The notes beneath the pieces were generated by a model, which was given only the letters and a program-made list of their open reading frames with translations, did not search any database and was not told the DNA's origin. A stretch of 64,000 nt of DNA from a virus: positions 7,351 through 71,350 of the IMG/VR virus record IMGVR_UViG_3300031976_000907; one strand, given 5' to 3'. Below, piece by piece: positions 24,934 through 34,962 of this stretch. Position numbers and translations under genes: made by a program. Numbering within the stretch: position 1 is the stretch's first letter; every line of letters starts with the position of its first letter.

Positions 24934-25389
24934 ATGATTAACGAAAAATTGAAGCTTGCTGGTCACGTAAGCATTGAACTGAAAAAGGCAGATGGTTCTG
25001 TCGAAAACACTGAGATCCGTAACCTTGTGGTTGATGCTGGTCTTGCTTACATCGCAAGCCGCATGGTTGGCACTGGTAAAGGTGTAATGACTCACATGGC
25101 GTTGGGTTCATCTACTACTCCAGCAGCAGCGGGTGATACTGATCTTGGTTCACTACTGGGTGTACGTGAAGCGATCGACACTACAACTATTACTGGCTCA
25201 CTTGATGAGAAAGTTGAATACGTTTGTACGTTTGAAGCTGGCGATGCTACTGGTGCAGTAACTGAAGCAGGCATCTTTAACGATGGTACTTCTGGCGACA
25301 TGCTTTGCCGCACTGTATTCCCAGTAGTTAACAAAGCAGCTGACGACATCATGACTGTCACTTGGACAATCACTCTGTCTGCAGCGTAA
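24934..25389 (+). CDS. Tail/fibre structural protein
   Basis: NLVVDAG...HMALGS...AVTEAGIFN...MLCRTVF...VTWTIT pattern. Confidence 0.7.
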   Translation: MINEKLKLAGHVSIELKKADGSVENTEIRNLVVDAGLAYIASRMVGTGKGVMTHMALGSSTTPAAAGDTDLGSLLGVREAIDTTTITGSLDEKVEYVCTFEAGDATGAVTEAGIFNDGTSGDMLCRTVFPVVNKAADDIMTVTWTITLSAA

Positions 25390-25410
25390 TCAGTGAGTGA
25401 GGGGTAAACC

Positions 25411-25629
25411 ATGTCAACAATAGTTACTCGTTCGGGTAAGGGTGCACCCCTCACTAACACTGAGGTAGATGCAAACTTCACCAACCTTAACACCGACAAA
25501 CTGGAAACCAGTGTTTGGACGTCTTCTGAAGCAGCAAGTATTACTGCAACTGATACGGCTAAGTGGGACTCAGTAGAAAATAAAGCATCAGTTGATGATG
25601 CAACAGCTTTAGCAATTGCGTTGGGGTAA
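25411..25629 (+). CDS. Small fibre-module protein
   Basis: KGAPLTNTEVDANFTNLN anchor motif; C-terminal ALAIALG. Confidence 0.6.
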   Translation: MSTIVTRSGKGAPLTNTEVDANFTNLNTDKLETSVWTSSEAASITATDTAKWDSVENKASVDDATALAIALG

Positions 25630-25632
25630 AAG

Positions 25633-25938
25633 ATGGCAAACGTATTTAAGAATTACACAGGCAGTGCTACCACAGCGGGCGCAGGTATATACACCGTGCC
25701 TACGGGTACTACGTCTATATTGCTTGGCTTATCGCTAGCAAACACTACAAATACAGGTACATACGTGTCAGTTCAGCTTGGCTCAACTTACATTGTAAAA
25801 GATGCGCCTGTCCCTACTGGTTCTTCTCTTAGCGCAATTGACGGCAAAATTATTGCAGAAGCTGGCGAGGTTATTACTGTGACTGCATCTACAGATTCTG
25901 CCATTGATGCAATCATTTCAGTAATGGAGCAGAGCTAA
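25633..25938 (+). CDS. Small beta-rich fibre-module protein
   Basis: MANVFKN...IYTVP...LAN...SVME pattern. Confidence 0.6.
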   Translation: MANVFKNYTGSATTAGAGIYTVPTGTTSILLGLSLANTTNTGTYVSVQLGSTYIVKDAPVPTGSSLSAIDGKIIAEAGEVITVTASTDSAIDAIISVMEQS

Positions 25939-27692
25939 TGGCGTCATATATTGGTAATACTCCAACACCGCGAGCAACACAACGTCGTCAATCTATAACG
26001 GCAGTTGCAGGGCAGACATCATTTATGACTTCTGGCTATACGCCAGGATTTTTGGATATTTACCTCAATGGTGTCCATTTAGAACCAATCGACTTTACAG
26101 CTACAGACGGCGTACACATTGAACTAAGCGCTGAATGTGAAGCGGATGACATTCTAACCTATGTTTCGTTTACAACATTTGAAGTAGGCGATATTACAGG
26201 CTTTGCAACAGAGTCTTATGTAGATGCAGCTGTATCTAATGCAGATGTAACAGACGAGCTAGCTACGTTATCCGCAAATTACCAAAGCGGTGACAGCTCC
26301 ACACTAGCTTCTGCAAAAGAATACACAGACTCAGCTAAGACTGCAGCGATTAATACAGCAGCTGCTGACGCGACAGCAAAAGCAGATGCGGCTGAAAGTT
26401 CGGCTAACTTGTACACAGACCAATCTGTAGCAGATCTAATTGATTCATCACCTGCCACACTAGACACACTTAATGAGCTTGCAGCAGCGCTGGGAGACGA
26501 CCCTAACTTTGCTACCACAGTCAGTGCGCAGATAGGGACTAAAGCAGACGCTGTACATGGTCACACAATTAGCCAAGTCACTGGATTGCAGGCAGCTTTA
26601 AATTCTAAACAAGCTAGTGGCAATTACGCTAATGCAGTACATGGACATGCAATTAGTGATGTTAATGGTTTACAGACTGCATTAAACGGTAAGGTTGATG
26701 ACTCTCAAGTATTAACTAACGTACCTGCCGGTGCTGTGTTTACTGATACTGTGTACACGCACCCTACGTACGCAGGCGATGACATAAACCTAGATACTGG
26801 TGCAATGTCAGGTGCGAAAGTCATTAGTGATTTGGATTTCAACGTAACGACAGACACAAAGGGTCACGTTACTGATGCTAACGCTACGTACTCTATACGT
26901 AACCTTACGTCTTCTGATATAGGTGCGGCTCCTGTTAGCCATACACATGATGATCGTTACTATACTGAAAGTGAAATCCAAACATTTATAAATCGCAGTT
27001 ATGTTACTAACCACTCAGCACGTAACTTAGCTGTGGGTTGGTATACCATTGCAACTAACTCAGGCGACAGAGCCAGCGCAAGGTTTGGTATTTGGGACAC
27101 TAACAGTAGTGATCACCAATCTGTAACTTTTTACGCTGCACACCACTTCGGTACTGATTCATCTAACACACTAACTGTCTTAGATAACTCTTATTATAAC
27201 GGTACCCCATTTAGACACATCCGTATAAAAGATGCAGGTACGTATGACGGTGCGGCACTTCAAATTTATATCGATGATTCCTCGAATACGGTTAATTGTG
27301 CAATCCTCGGTGATAACTTCCAAGGATCTGGTTGGCGGTTATGTGATTGGATACCTGATGCGACTACACCTCCAAATGTAAGTAATTACGGAAACTTTGG
27401 TGAGCGTAGTAAGGTCGACTTAAACACTATTGTTCAAGGCGGTTTTGCTACTACAGGTGAAATCTTTGCGGGTGGCGATACTTCACAACACAGAGTATGG
27501 CACGCAGGTAACGATGGATCAGGATCAGGTCTAGATGCTGACAAACTAGATGGCTACCAGGCTTCTTCATTCACTCAAGTCTCAACATTTAACGCAGCAG
27601 TAAATGATTTGGAAAACCAAATTACAACTGTAGCGGAAAGTGTTAGCAGCAGTGGAGACGGTAAATCACTTGCGCTTGCGCTCTTGTTCTAA
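25938..27692 (+). CDS. Tail fibre protein
   Basis: LIDSSPATLDTLNELAAALGDDPNFATT, HGH repeats, HDDRYYTESE, WHAGNDGSGSGLDADKLDG. Confidence 0.85.
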   Translation: MASYIGNTPTPRATQRRQSITAVAGQTSFMTSGYTPGFLDIYLNGVHLEPIDFTATDGVHIELSAECEADDILTYVSFTTFEVGDITGFATESYVDAAVSNADVTDELATLSANYQSGDSSTLASAKEYTDSAKTAAINTAAADATAKADAAESSANLYTDQSVADLIDSSPATLDTLNELAAALGDDPNFATTVSAQIGTKADAVHGHTISQVTGLQAALNSKQASGNYANAVHGHAISDVNGLQTALNGKVDDSQVLTNVPAGAVFTDTVYTHPTYAGDDINLDTGAMSGAKVISDLDFNVTTDTKGHVTDANATYSIRNLTSSDIGAAPVSHTHDDRYYTESEIQTFINRSYVTNHSARNLAVGWYTIATNSGDRASARFGIWDTNSSDHQSVTFYAAHHFGTDSSNTLTVLDNSYYNGTPFRHIRIKDAGTYDGAALQIYIDDSSNTVNCAILGDNFQGSGWRLCDWIPDATTPPNVSNYGNFGERSKVDLNTIVQGGFATTGEIFAGGDTSQHRVWHAGNDGSGSGLDADKLDGYQASSFTQVSTFNAAVNDLENQITTVAESVSSSGDGKSLALALLF

Positions 27693-27711
27693 CCCAAATT
27701 AAGGAATAGCT

Positions 27712-28749
27712 ATGACTATCAATATCACATCATTTGAGAGCGCATTGCAGACAAGGTTAAACAACCTTGGTGCAACCGCAGAAACATCTGATTTTGCATT
27801 ACTAGCTAAAGCAGTTGAGCAACTAGAAACTAACGTCACGTCTTCGTACGCAACGTTTAATGATCTACCAACTGCGGCAAGCTATGAAGGACGTGTAGTT
27901 CACGTTCGCATTACTAACCGTATTTACTACTCAGACGGTAATGAGTGGGTAATGTTGGCTACTTCACAGAATCCAGACTTCACACGTGCACGTCTAGAAA
28001 ATGAAGTAGTTCCAACTCAAGACTTTGGTTTGATTACTCAGTCTGTCACTTCAAGTGCAGATTTCTCTGGCCTTACAACTTCAGCTACAGCTACACAAGA
28101 CAAAGGTTACTTGCGTATTGGTAACAAAGGTATTGCGGCTGAAATTTATATTGATCCATTAGATTGGGCCTTTACAATCTATGATGGTGAGACACGCAAT
28201 GGTATCAAGCACATGCGTGCCGATCGCAACAACCAGAACTTTGAGACAATGAGTGCCCATAACCAAGGCGTTGCTCATTTGATCAAGAGCAATAACACAA
28301 CAGCTCCATCAGGCACACCTACTCCAATTCCTTTCAACATAACGCAAATCAATGACACTCGAATGGGTTACCTAAGCTCAAACGGGTTCTACAAAACCAA
28401 TGTAGAAGGTTGGTACGAAGTAACAGTTGACGGTTATGTAAGCGGTAACTGTTGGATAGGTTTGGGTACTGCAGGTGACTGGAACGATGGCTACGGTACA
28501 ACAGCCCAAGGTCCAGACATGTACACACAAATGTACCTTAACCGTGATGGTGCGTTCGAGATCAAGCGTATGGTTTACGCTCCGATCAATACCGAGGTTG
28601 TGCTTTACCTGACAGGACCAGATGCAGCGACTAGCCGTGTTATGTATGGCGATACTGCAACAAATCCTAACGAATCATTTAAGTACTTCACGCAGATGAA
28701 CCTACGATTTTTGGGTTCTGATACTGCAACAAACTCATACCAAGTGTAA
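27712..28749 (+). CDS. Putative tail appendage / receptor-binding protein
   Basis: N-terminal anchor-like segment; C-terminal beta-rich, C1q-like region. Confidence 0.55.
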   Translation: MTINITSFESALQTRLNNLGATAETSDFALLAKAVEQLETNVTSSYATFNDLPTAASYEGRVVHVRITNRIYYSDGNEWVMLATSQNPDFTRARLENEVVPTQDFGLITQSVTSSADFSGLTTSATATQDKGYLRIGNKGIAAEIYIDPLDWAFTIYDGETRNGIKHMRADRNNQNFETMSAHNQGVAHLIKSNNTTAPSGTPTPIPFNITQINDTRMGYLSSNGFYKTNVEGWYEVTVDGYVSGNCWIGLGTAGDWNDGYGTTAQGPDMYTQMYLNRDGAFEIKRMVYAPINTEVVLYLTGPDAATSRVMYGDTATNPNESFKYFTQMNLRFLGSDTATNSYQV

Positions 28750-28768
28750 ACCCAGGAGAGACTAAACT

Positions 28769-29482
28769 ATGTCTACACAAACTCGCCTCCGTCGAGGCAC
28801 TACTACCCAACACCAGTCTTTCACTGGTGCTGAGGGTGAAGTAACAGTCGATACTACTAAAGATGTCGTTGTTGTCCACGATGGCTCAACAGCTGGCGGC
28901 GTACCAATGGCTCGTCAAGATCGCCCACGCGGTTGGACAAAACTAGAGCACTTCACTAGCTCAGGTACTTGGACTAAAGCAGGTAAAACTGATCTTAAGC
29001 GTATTCGTGTAACCATCTGGGGTGGCGGCGGTGGCGGCGGCTCAAATAACTCAGGCGGCGGCGGCGGTGGTCAAGGCGGCTACGGCTATATCATGCTTGA
29101 AGCATCACAGCTTTCTACTAACGTGTCAGTTACTGTAGGTGGTGCAGGTAGTAACGGTGGTGGCGCAGGTGGACAATCAGCGTTTGGTTCATACATCTAC
29201 GCAAATGGTGGCGTGGGTGGTTCAAACTCAAACGCGGGTAACGGCGGTAACCCTGGCACAATCTCTGGATCAGGTGCTATTGAGCTAGGCGGTGAAGCTG
29301 GTTCTTCAGGTAGCTACTCTGCAACAGCAAACGCAAACTACGGTTGGGTAGGCGGTGCAGGTGGTGGTCCAGGCGCAGGTCGTGGTCAATCTGCTCGCGG
29401 TGTTTGTGGTGGTGGTGGCGGCTGTGCCGGTGCTGGTGCGCAAGGTTCAGTAATGATTGAAGAAATTTACGGAGACGTATAA
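28769..29482 (+). CDS. Mtd-N-like anchor plus glycine-rich fibre protein
   Basis: LRRGTT...GAEGEVTVDT...HDGSTAGG then poly-Gly tracts. Confidence 0.75.
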   Translation: MSTQTRLRRGTTTQHQSFTGAEGEVTVDTTKDVVVVHDGSTAGGVPMARQDRPRGWTKLEHFTSSGTWTKAGKTDLKRIRVTIWGGGGGGGSNNSGGGGGGQGGYGYIMLEASQLSTNVSVTVGGAGSNGGGAGGQSAFGSYIYANGGVGGSNSNAGNGGNPGTISGSGAIELGGEAGSSGSYSATANANYGWVGGAGGGPGAGRGQSARGVCGGGGGCAGAGAQGSVMIEEIYGDV

Positions 29483-29739
29483 TGCAAGTGTATGTAATTA
29501 AAGATGGCGTCGTTGTTAACAACGAGCTTTGGGAAGAGCTACCTCAAAATACAGACGAGCTAACTTACATTGAAGTTGCTCCAGGACACCCAGCACAAAT
29601 AGGTTACCTTTTTGACGGTGAAACATTTACTTGGGCAGGTGACCACGATCAAGCAGATCCTGGGCGTGCTCTAGTAGTTACTTTATCAGGTGAAGTAACT
29701 TCGAGTGCACCACCGGCTGAAGAGGTCGAATCAGACTAA
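29482..29739 (+). CDS. Fibre-associated small protein / chaperone
   Basis: VIKDGVVVN...IGYLFDGETF pattern following a Gly-rich fibre. Confidence 0.55.
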   Translation: MQVYVIKDGVVVNNELWEELPQNTDELTYIEVAPGHPAQIGYLFDGETFTWAGDHDQADPGRALVVTLSGEVTSSAPPAEEVESD

Positions 29740-29754
29740 TCAGCAATTCCTTCC

Positions 29755-29777
29755 AAGGGGCACATTCAGTGCCCCTT
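29755..29777 (+). terminator. Terminator-like hairpin
   Basis: AAGGGGCAC/GTGCCCCTT stem. Confidence 0.55.
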
Positions 29778-29798
29778 ACTTAATAAAGAGATACAAAT

Positions 29799-30380
29799 AT
29801 GACCCCACGTTTTGAAGATTTTGTAGGCATTTACGATAACTTTATGTCAGCAGAGTTCTGCCAAGCAATTATTGATCGCTTTGCGTATGCAGAAGCTAAC
29901 GGGTATACGCAAACTCGTAAAGTTGCAGAAAAAGCATCAAGCGTAGAAAAACAAGATACGGCCCTATTCACAGCAGACTCAATTGACGGTGATTTAGTTC
30001 ATCAACAAAACAGGACATTTTTACAAGAGTTTTGGGCTGAAGCGTATCCAGCGTATGTAGACAAATACGGGATTTTAAATAACTTTGAAACACACCGTGT
30101 GTACCACACTAAAGTGCAGCGTACGCGTCCTTCAGAGGGCTATCATGTGTGGCATTGTGAAGATAGTTCACGCGAATACAATTCACGCATTATGGCTTAC
30201 ATTCTCTATTTAAACGACATTGCAGAAGGCGGTGAAACAGAGTTCTTGTATTACGGGAAACGTATTAAGCCTGAGACAGGCAAATTAGTTCTATTCCCGG
30301 CAGGATACACACATGCTCATCGAGGAAACCCTCCACTTAACGAGACCAAATACATACTGACAGGGTGGGTTGAGCTGTAA
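29799..30380 (+). CDS. 2OG-Fe(II) oxygenase (prolyl-hydroxylase-like)
   Basis: YHVWHCE, YLND..EGGETEF, LFPAGYTHAHRG, KYILTGW. Confidence 0.9.
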   Translation: MTPRFEDFVGIYDNFMSAEFCQAIIDRFAYAEANGYTQTRKVAEKASSVEKQDTALFTADSIDGDLVHQQNRTFLQEFWAEAYPAYVDKYGILNNFETHRVYHTKVQRTRPSEGYHVWHCEDSSREYNSRIMAYILYLNDIAEGGETEFLYYGKRIKPETGKLVLFPAGYTHAHRGNPPLNETKYILTGWVEL

Positions 30381-30964
30381 TGGTGAAGTTTATATTCCCA
30401 ACGCCTATCTACACAGACAGTCTCTCGGAACAAGAGTTAAGTAATGTCAGTACAGATATTCAAACTTATTTGGATTCAGGCGAAGGATTTAAACCATCAC
30501 TATTTGAAGATGGTGGGGATCACTTATTAAGTGATCCAACCTTCTCTGAAAATGTCATAGCGCAGTACAAAATGCAGCATCTAAGTGATGTGATTATGCA
30601 GCACACTGCAAGGTATCTGCGGCATTTAAACCCCCATTTTCTAGCGTACAACTCGCTGAATATTAGTACGTCTTGGATTACTTATACGCCAGCAAACAAA
30701 CACACGTTACCGCACGCACATAACCCACATGAAATATCGGGCGTGTATTACCACAAAGTTCCTGTTGGTTCGGGTGATTTGGCTCTACATTCACCAAACA
30801 ACTGTCACACAACAACGCCCTCAATAGGCGGTGGTGATCGATACATAGTTAAAGCGGAGCAAGGAACACTTGTTCTATTCCCCAGTTGGCTTGTCCATCA
30901 CGTCAAAACCAATATGAGTGATTCAGAACGAATATCTGTCTCATTTAATTTAGATATTGCGTAA
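30380..30964 (+). CDS. Putative 2OG-Fe(II) oxygenase (TIGR02466-like)
   Basis: FPTPIY, PHAH...ISGVYY, LFPSWLVHHV, RISVSFN. Confidence 0.88.
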   Translation: MVKFIFPTPIYTDSLSEQELSNVSTDIQTYLDSGEGFKPSLFEDGGDHLLSDPTFSENVIAQYKMQHLSDVIMQHTARYLRHLNPHFLAYNSLNISTSWITYTPANKHTLPHAHNPHEISGVYYHKVPVGSGDLALHSPNNCHTTTPSIGGGDRYIVKAEQGTLVLFPSWLVHHVKTNMSDSERISVSFNLDIA

Positions 30965-31051
30965 CCAACGCAGTAATAAATACGCCTCATGAAGTTATAT
31001 AAACCGACTCATATAATGGGCAATAGGTATTAATTAACGTAGGAGCGTTAC

Positions 31052-32752
31052 ATGAGATATTCAAAAGCGTGGCTTGCTGCACGCTGGATGGCTCGTCTTC
31101 GCCAAGCTGCAAACAACGTTATCGAACATGCTGAGGAAGCAGATCGCGTTACACAGCTTGAAGAAGAGAAAGCAGCACTAGAAGCCAAAGCAGCAGCCGA
31201 TAAAGCCGCTCTTGAAGCTCAACTGGCAGCTGAAGCTCAAGCTCGTGCAGATGCACTGGCAGCAGCGGAGGCGCAGCGTCTAGCGGATGCCGCAGCGACT
31301 GCAGCAGCATTACAGGCAGAGAAAGAAGCTTTAGCAGCTGAAACGGCTCGTCTAGCAGCAGAAGCAGAAGCTAAACGTATTGCAGACGCAGAGGCAGCAG
31401 CAGCTGCCTTGGAAGCTCAACGTGTTGCGGCGGAAGCAGCACTAGAGGCACAGCGTATTGCAGCGGCTGAAGAAGCAGCTCGAATTGAAGCGGAAGCTCA
31501 AGCAGAGTTGGCAGCTGAAAAAGCCGCACTAGAAGCTAAGATTGCAGCGGAGAAGGCAGCTCAGGAAGCTGCTCTTGAAGCACAAAGAATCGCAGCAGCG
31601 CAAGAGGCTGCACGTATCGAAGCTGAAGCAGCTGCAAGACTGGCTGCAGAAAAACTGGCTCTTGAACAAGCTATGGCACAAAAGGCTGCAGAACAGGCAG
31701 CTGCTATGGCACAACAAGAAGCCGAAGCAGCCGCAGCACTAGCTGCTGAGAAAGCTGCATTAGAAAGCCAAATGGCTCAAGCAGCTACAGATGCAGCCGC
31801 AACATACTTACCCAAAACAGGTAAGTCGGTTGATTCAGATAAACTAGATGGTATTGATTCATCAGGCTTCTTACGTAGCACGGCTAAAGCGGCTGACTCT
31901 AATTTATTAGACGGCATTGATTCAAGTGGATTCCTACGTTCTACAGGTAAAGCTGTAGACGCAGACAAGCTTGATGGTTACGACTGGATGCAGTCAGGTA
32001 AGAATATTCGTGGTTCGGATATTTACGCTGATAACTGGTTCCGTAACTACAATTCAGGAGAAGGTCTGTACAACGAAGGTACAGGTGCTCACTGGGTATC
32101 TGACGCAAATGCGTCTTGGACAATGCGTGATAGTGCTAGCTCTATCCGTATGCGTATGAAAACCAATGGAACAAGTGAGCGTGGATCTGTTTATGCAGAC
32201 AATGCTAATGCTATTGGTTTTTTAGATGCAGGCGGTAGCTGGGCTGTTAAACACGTAAACGATAACGGTACTTACTTTTACACTGACGGCACAACTGAAG
32301 AGTTTAAAGTAGGGCGTGATGCTGTATCAGGCAACTACGGTACTGTCCAAACAAGCACAAACAGAGGTGGTTGGGGCGGATACAGTATTGCTGGTAAATA
32401 CGTTTTCATGTCTGATCACAGCAGTACTGCAGGTGTCTACAACGATGTTGATAACGAGTGGATGCAACGTTGGATTCGTAATGGTGCAACCCACCTTTAC
32501 TATAATGGCTCAGATAAATTTCAGACGACGAGTACTGGTGCAAACATTAATGGTGAGTTGACCATTAACGGTTCTCCCTTGAAAGTATCGTCTAGCAGCT
32601 TTACTGGCTTACGTACGACTTCTAATGGAACGCTTGAACTGTTTAAAGCAGCTGATGGCGACTCTGTTGATGCAGAAGACTGGGGACAATGGTACTCCCA
32701 GGATCTCGATCTTTCCGTTGATTCAAACGGACACTTAATTCTAACTGTATAA
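31052..32752 (+). CDS. Fibre protein with long Ala/Glu coiled coil and tail-fibre-like C-terminus
   Basis: About 230 aa of AALEAQRIAAAEEAARIEAE-like repeats; D(S/A)DKLDG repeats; DNWFR..., HLYYNGSDKFQTTSTG. Confidence 0.75.
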   Translation: MRYSKAWLAARWMARLRQAANNVIEHAEEADRVTQLEEEKAALEAKAAADKAALEAQLAAEAQARADALAAAEAQRLADAAATAAALQAEKEALAAETARLAAEAEAKRIADAEAAAAALEAQRVAAEAALEAQRIAAAEEAARIEAEAQAELAAEKAALEAKIAAEKAAQEAALEAQRIAAAQEAARIEAEAAARLAAEKLALEQAMAQKAAEQAAAMAQQEAEAAAALAAEKAALESQMAQAATDAAATYLPKTGKSVDSDKLDGIDSSGFLRSTAKAADSNLLDGIDSSGFLRSTGKAVDADKLDGYDWMQSGKNIRGSDIYADNWFRNYNSGEGLYNEGTGAHWVSDANASWTMRDSASSIRMRMKTNGTSERGSVYADNANAIGFLDAGGSWAVKHVNDNGTYFYTDGTTEEFKVGRDAVSGNYGTVQTSTNRGGWGGYSIAGKYVFMSDHSSTAGVYNDVDNEWMQRWIRNGATHLYYNGSDKFQTTSTGANINGELTINGSPLKVSSSSFTGLRTTSNGTLELFKAADGDSVDAEDWGQWYSQDLDLSVDSNGHLILTV

Positions 32753-32763
32753 GGAGGCTCTTC

Positions 32764-34098
32764 ATGGGCATCAGCGTTGATCTCGGTAAGATCAAATTTA
32801 ACTGGCGTGGTGACTGGTCTCCCAGCACTGCGTACACAAAAGATGATGTTGTTAACTACAATGGCGCATCCCTAGTTTGTGTTGCTGACAACACAGGACA
32901 GACACCTAACATCGGCGGTAATACATCTTACTGGCACGTAATGCTTAAAGGTGATGGTTCATTTGCATCGTCTGACATGGGTAACCCACAGAAAGTGTTC
33001 CGCTCTCGTCAAAACCAACGCAGACGTTACTACGATTACTCAGAAGAGGCTCGTACAGACTCTGGTGTTGTTAACCCGTACTCACTAGAGCAGATGTGGA
33101 ACGATGGACGTTTCACTAATGAGGGTATTTCTAACTCTACTTCTCACAGAACATCTAACCCTTGGAACGGGCGTCAAATGGTTGAGATAGGTTGGTCACA
33201 GAATAACTTTAACTACGGTCCTTTGATTACTGTTCCAGCAGGTACAGACGTTGTTCAGTTCTACGGTTACGGTAACTCTAACGACCGTGGTGAGATTATG
33301 TCACTAACTGATCCATCAACTGGTAAAGGTGTTTGCTATAACAACTGTGGTTACGACAATCGTCATTATGCTATGGGTGGATGGCACACAGGTGGTTCAG
33401 CACTTGCTGAGTTTGGTAGAGAAAATGGCAACAACTATTACGGCTCTATTATGTTGATGGTTCCTCGCCTAAGCTACGATAAACAATATCGTCTTGTTCG
33501 CGGACATCATGCGCGTAACATGAGCTGGTATGGTTGGGTTGGTGGATTCTCTTTCCAAGATAACCCATCTGGTTTTGTCTTCCACCACAGCGGCACACAG
33601 TATGAACGCTTCAATGGTGGTGATGATATTTGGCATAGCTCTTGGAATACCCATGAGATGGGGCAGATGTACATTCATTACGATCACACTCGTACTATTA
33701 AAGTCCCTGTTGCTCCACGTAACAACGCGCCTAGCGATGATCGTGTATTGTGGTTCTACGTTCATGGTAACGGACACGACCAAAGCAATATGCGCTTAAT
33801 CATTAATGGTAAAGACTACACATTATCTACTGATTTGCGCCATCCAGTGGTTGAGTACTTGCATAACTCTAAAAACGACAGAGATCACTACCGCGTAGTG
33901 GCTTGTGTTGTAGCAGCAGAAGACATCCCAGCTAATGTACGAAGCGGTGGCGGTGTAATGGATGTAACCATTGATAACCACGGTGCTTCTGATAATGGTC
34001 ACGGCAGCCATCACTGGTATTTTGGTACTAACGGTACTTGTTACCTTGAGCCAGAATCAACGTCTATTGATAACGGACGCATCGGCGTAAGCGCGTAA
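32764..34098 (+). CDS. Putative receptor-binding protein with N-terminal carbohydrate-binding-like module
   Basis: DLGKIKFNWRGDWSPSTAYTKDDVVNYNG...W module; aromatic/His/Asn-rich C-terminal domain. Confidence 0.65.
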   Translation: MGISVDLGKIKFNWRGDWSPSTAYTKDDVVNYNGASLVCVADNTGQTPNIGGNTSYWHVMLKGDGSFASSDMGNPQKVFRSRQNQRRRYYDYSEEARTDSGVVNPYSLEQMWNDGRFTNEGISNSTSHRTSNPWNGRQMVEIGWSQNNFNYGPLITVPAGTDVVQFYGYGNSNDRGEIMSLTDPSTGKGVCYNNCGYDNRHYAMGGWHTGGSALAEFGRENGNNYYGSIMLMVPRLSYDKQYRLVRGHHARNMSWYGWVGGFSFQDNPSGFVFHHSGTQYERFNGGDDIWHSSWNTHEMGQMYIHYDHTRTIKVPVAPRNNAPSDDRVLWFYVHGNGHDQSNMRLIINGKDYTLSTDLRHPVVEYLHNSKNDRDHYRVVACVVAAEDIPANVRSGGGVMDVTIDNHGASDNGHGSHHWYFGTNGTCYLEPESTSIDNGRIGVSA

Positions 34099-34109
34099 GG
34101 AGATAGCTA

Positions 34110-34553
34110 ATGTTTTACCGAGTAACTAACACAGACATGTCTCCTAAGTTTGACAAGCTAATGTCAGCAGAAGAGGTAGCTAACTTCTTTAACGCTGTAA
34201 TGCGCGTCAACGAAGAAGGCACATGGCTTATTGACGGTGATGTAGTCGAAGAAGGTACTGTAGAAGCTATTGAAGCAACCTTCAAAGCTCCTGAAGCAGC
34301 ACCACTTCACACTGTATACCGCAAATACCCATCTATTGGTGAACAGCTAGACATGATCTACAAAGACATTATGGCTGGCACTTTAGACGCAACAGGTGAG
34401 TTTGCTACAGCAATTACTGCAATTAAAGAAGCTGTCGCTAAGACAGAAGAAACAATTGTAGTTGAGACTGTATTTGAATCTCCTGAAGCGCCTGAACCTA
34501 ACACCGACTCAGAGTACGTTCCTCCCCCAGCGGAAGAACCTGAAGAAGCTTAA
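34110..34553 (+). CDS. Tail fibre assembly / chaperone-like protein
   Basis: YPSIGEQLDMIYKD...AITAIK motif. Confidence 0.65.
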   Translation: MFYRVTNTDMSPKFDKLMSAEEVANFFNAVMRVNEEGTWLIDGDVVEEGTVEAIEATFKAPEAAPLHTVYRKYPSIGEQLDMIYKDIMAGTLDATGEFATAITAIKEAVAKTEETIVVETVFESPEAPEPNTDSEYVPPPAEEPEEA

Positions 34554-34559
34554 ATAAAT

Positions 34560-34581
34560 AAACCCTCTTCGGAGGGTTTTT
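34560..34581 (+). terminator. Rho-independent terminator (UUCG loop)
   Basis: AAACCCTC-TTCG-GAGGGTTTTT. Confidence 0.8.
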
Positions 34582-34680
34582 ATTATCTGATAAATCTACA
34601 AGTTGGTTTAAAGCTATTTGAGTATTGGCTCAATATAATCAGATTTTATTACTAAACTTTTATTTATCTTGGGATCCAAT

Positions 34681-34962
34681 ATGTCAGAACAAATCGAACA
34701 TCACGATATTAATCGTCGTTTGACGCGTCTTGAAGATGCGGATTCTGAGATGAATACTACGCTTACTAAGCTCCTCATTAATACTGAAACCATGAACAAC
34801 ACATTACAGCAGCTTGTCGATATTGAGCCGCGTGTACGTAAGCTAGAGCTAACCAGTGTTAATAACTCTTTAGTAGTTAATGCGGTTAAGTGGCTTGCTA
34901 TAACGGCAGGTGGAAGCGCTGTTGTAATGTCGATGACGTATTTATTTTCGAGGTTGAATTAA
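34681..34962 (+). CDS. Coiled-coil plus C-terminal TM protein (XhlA/holin-associated-like)
   Basis: RRLTRLE heptads then hydrophobic C-terminus. Confidence 0.55.
   Translation: MSEQIEHHDINRRLTRLEDADSEMNTTLTKLLINTETMNNTLQQLVDIEPRVRKLELTSVNNSLVVNAVKWLAITAGGSAVVMSMTYLFSRLN

Noticed and set aside
28769-29482. Diversity-generating retroelement suggested by the Mtd-N-like domain
   Set aside because: No reverse transcriptase and no template/variable repeat pair seen
31052-31980. Tandem repeats as a CRISPR array or assembly artefact
   Set aside because: Repeats are degenerate, in-frame and synonymous-variant, with no repeat-spacer structure or cas genes
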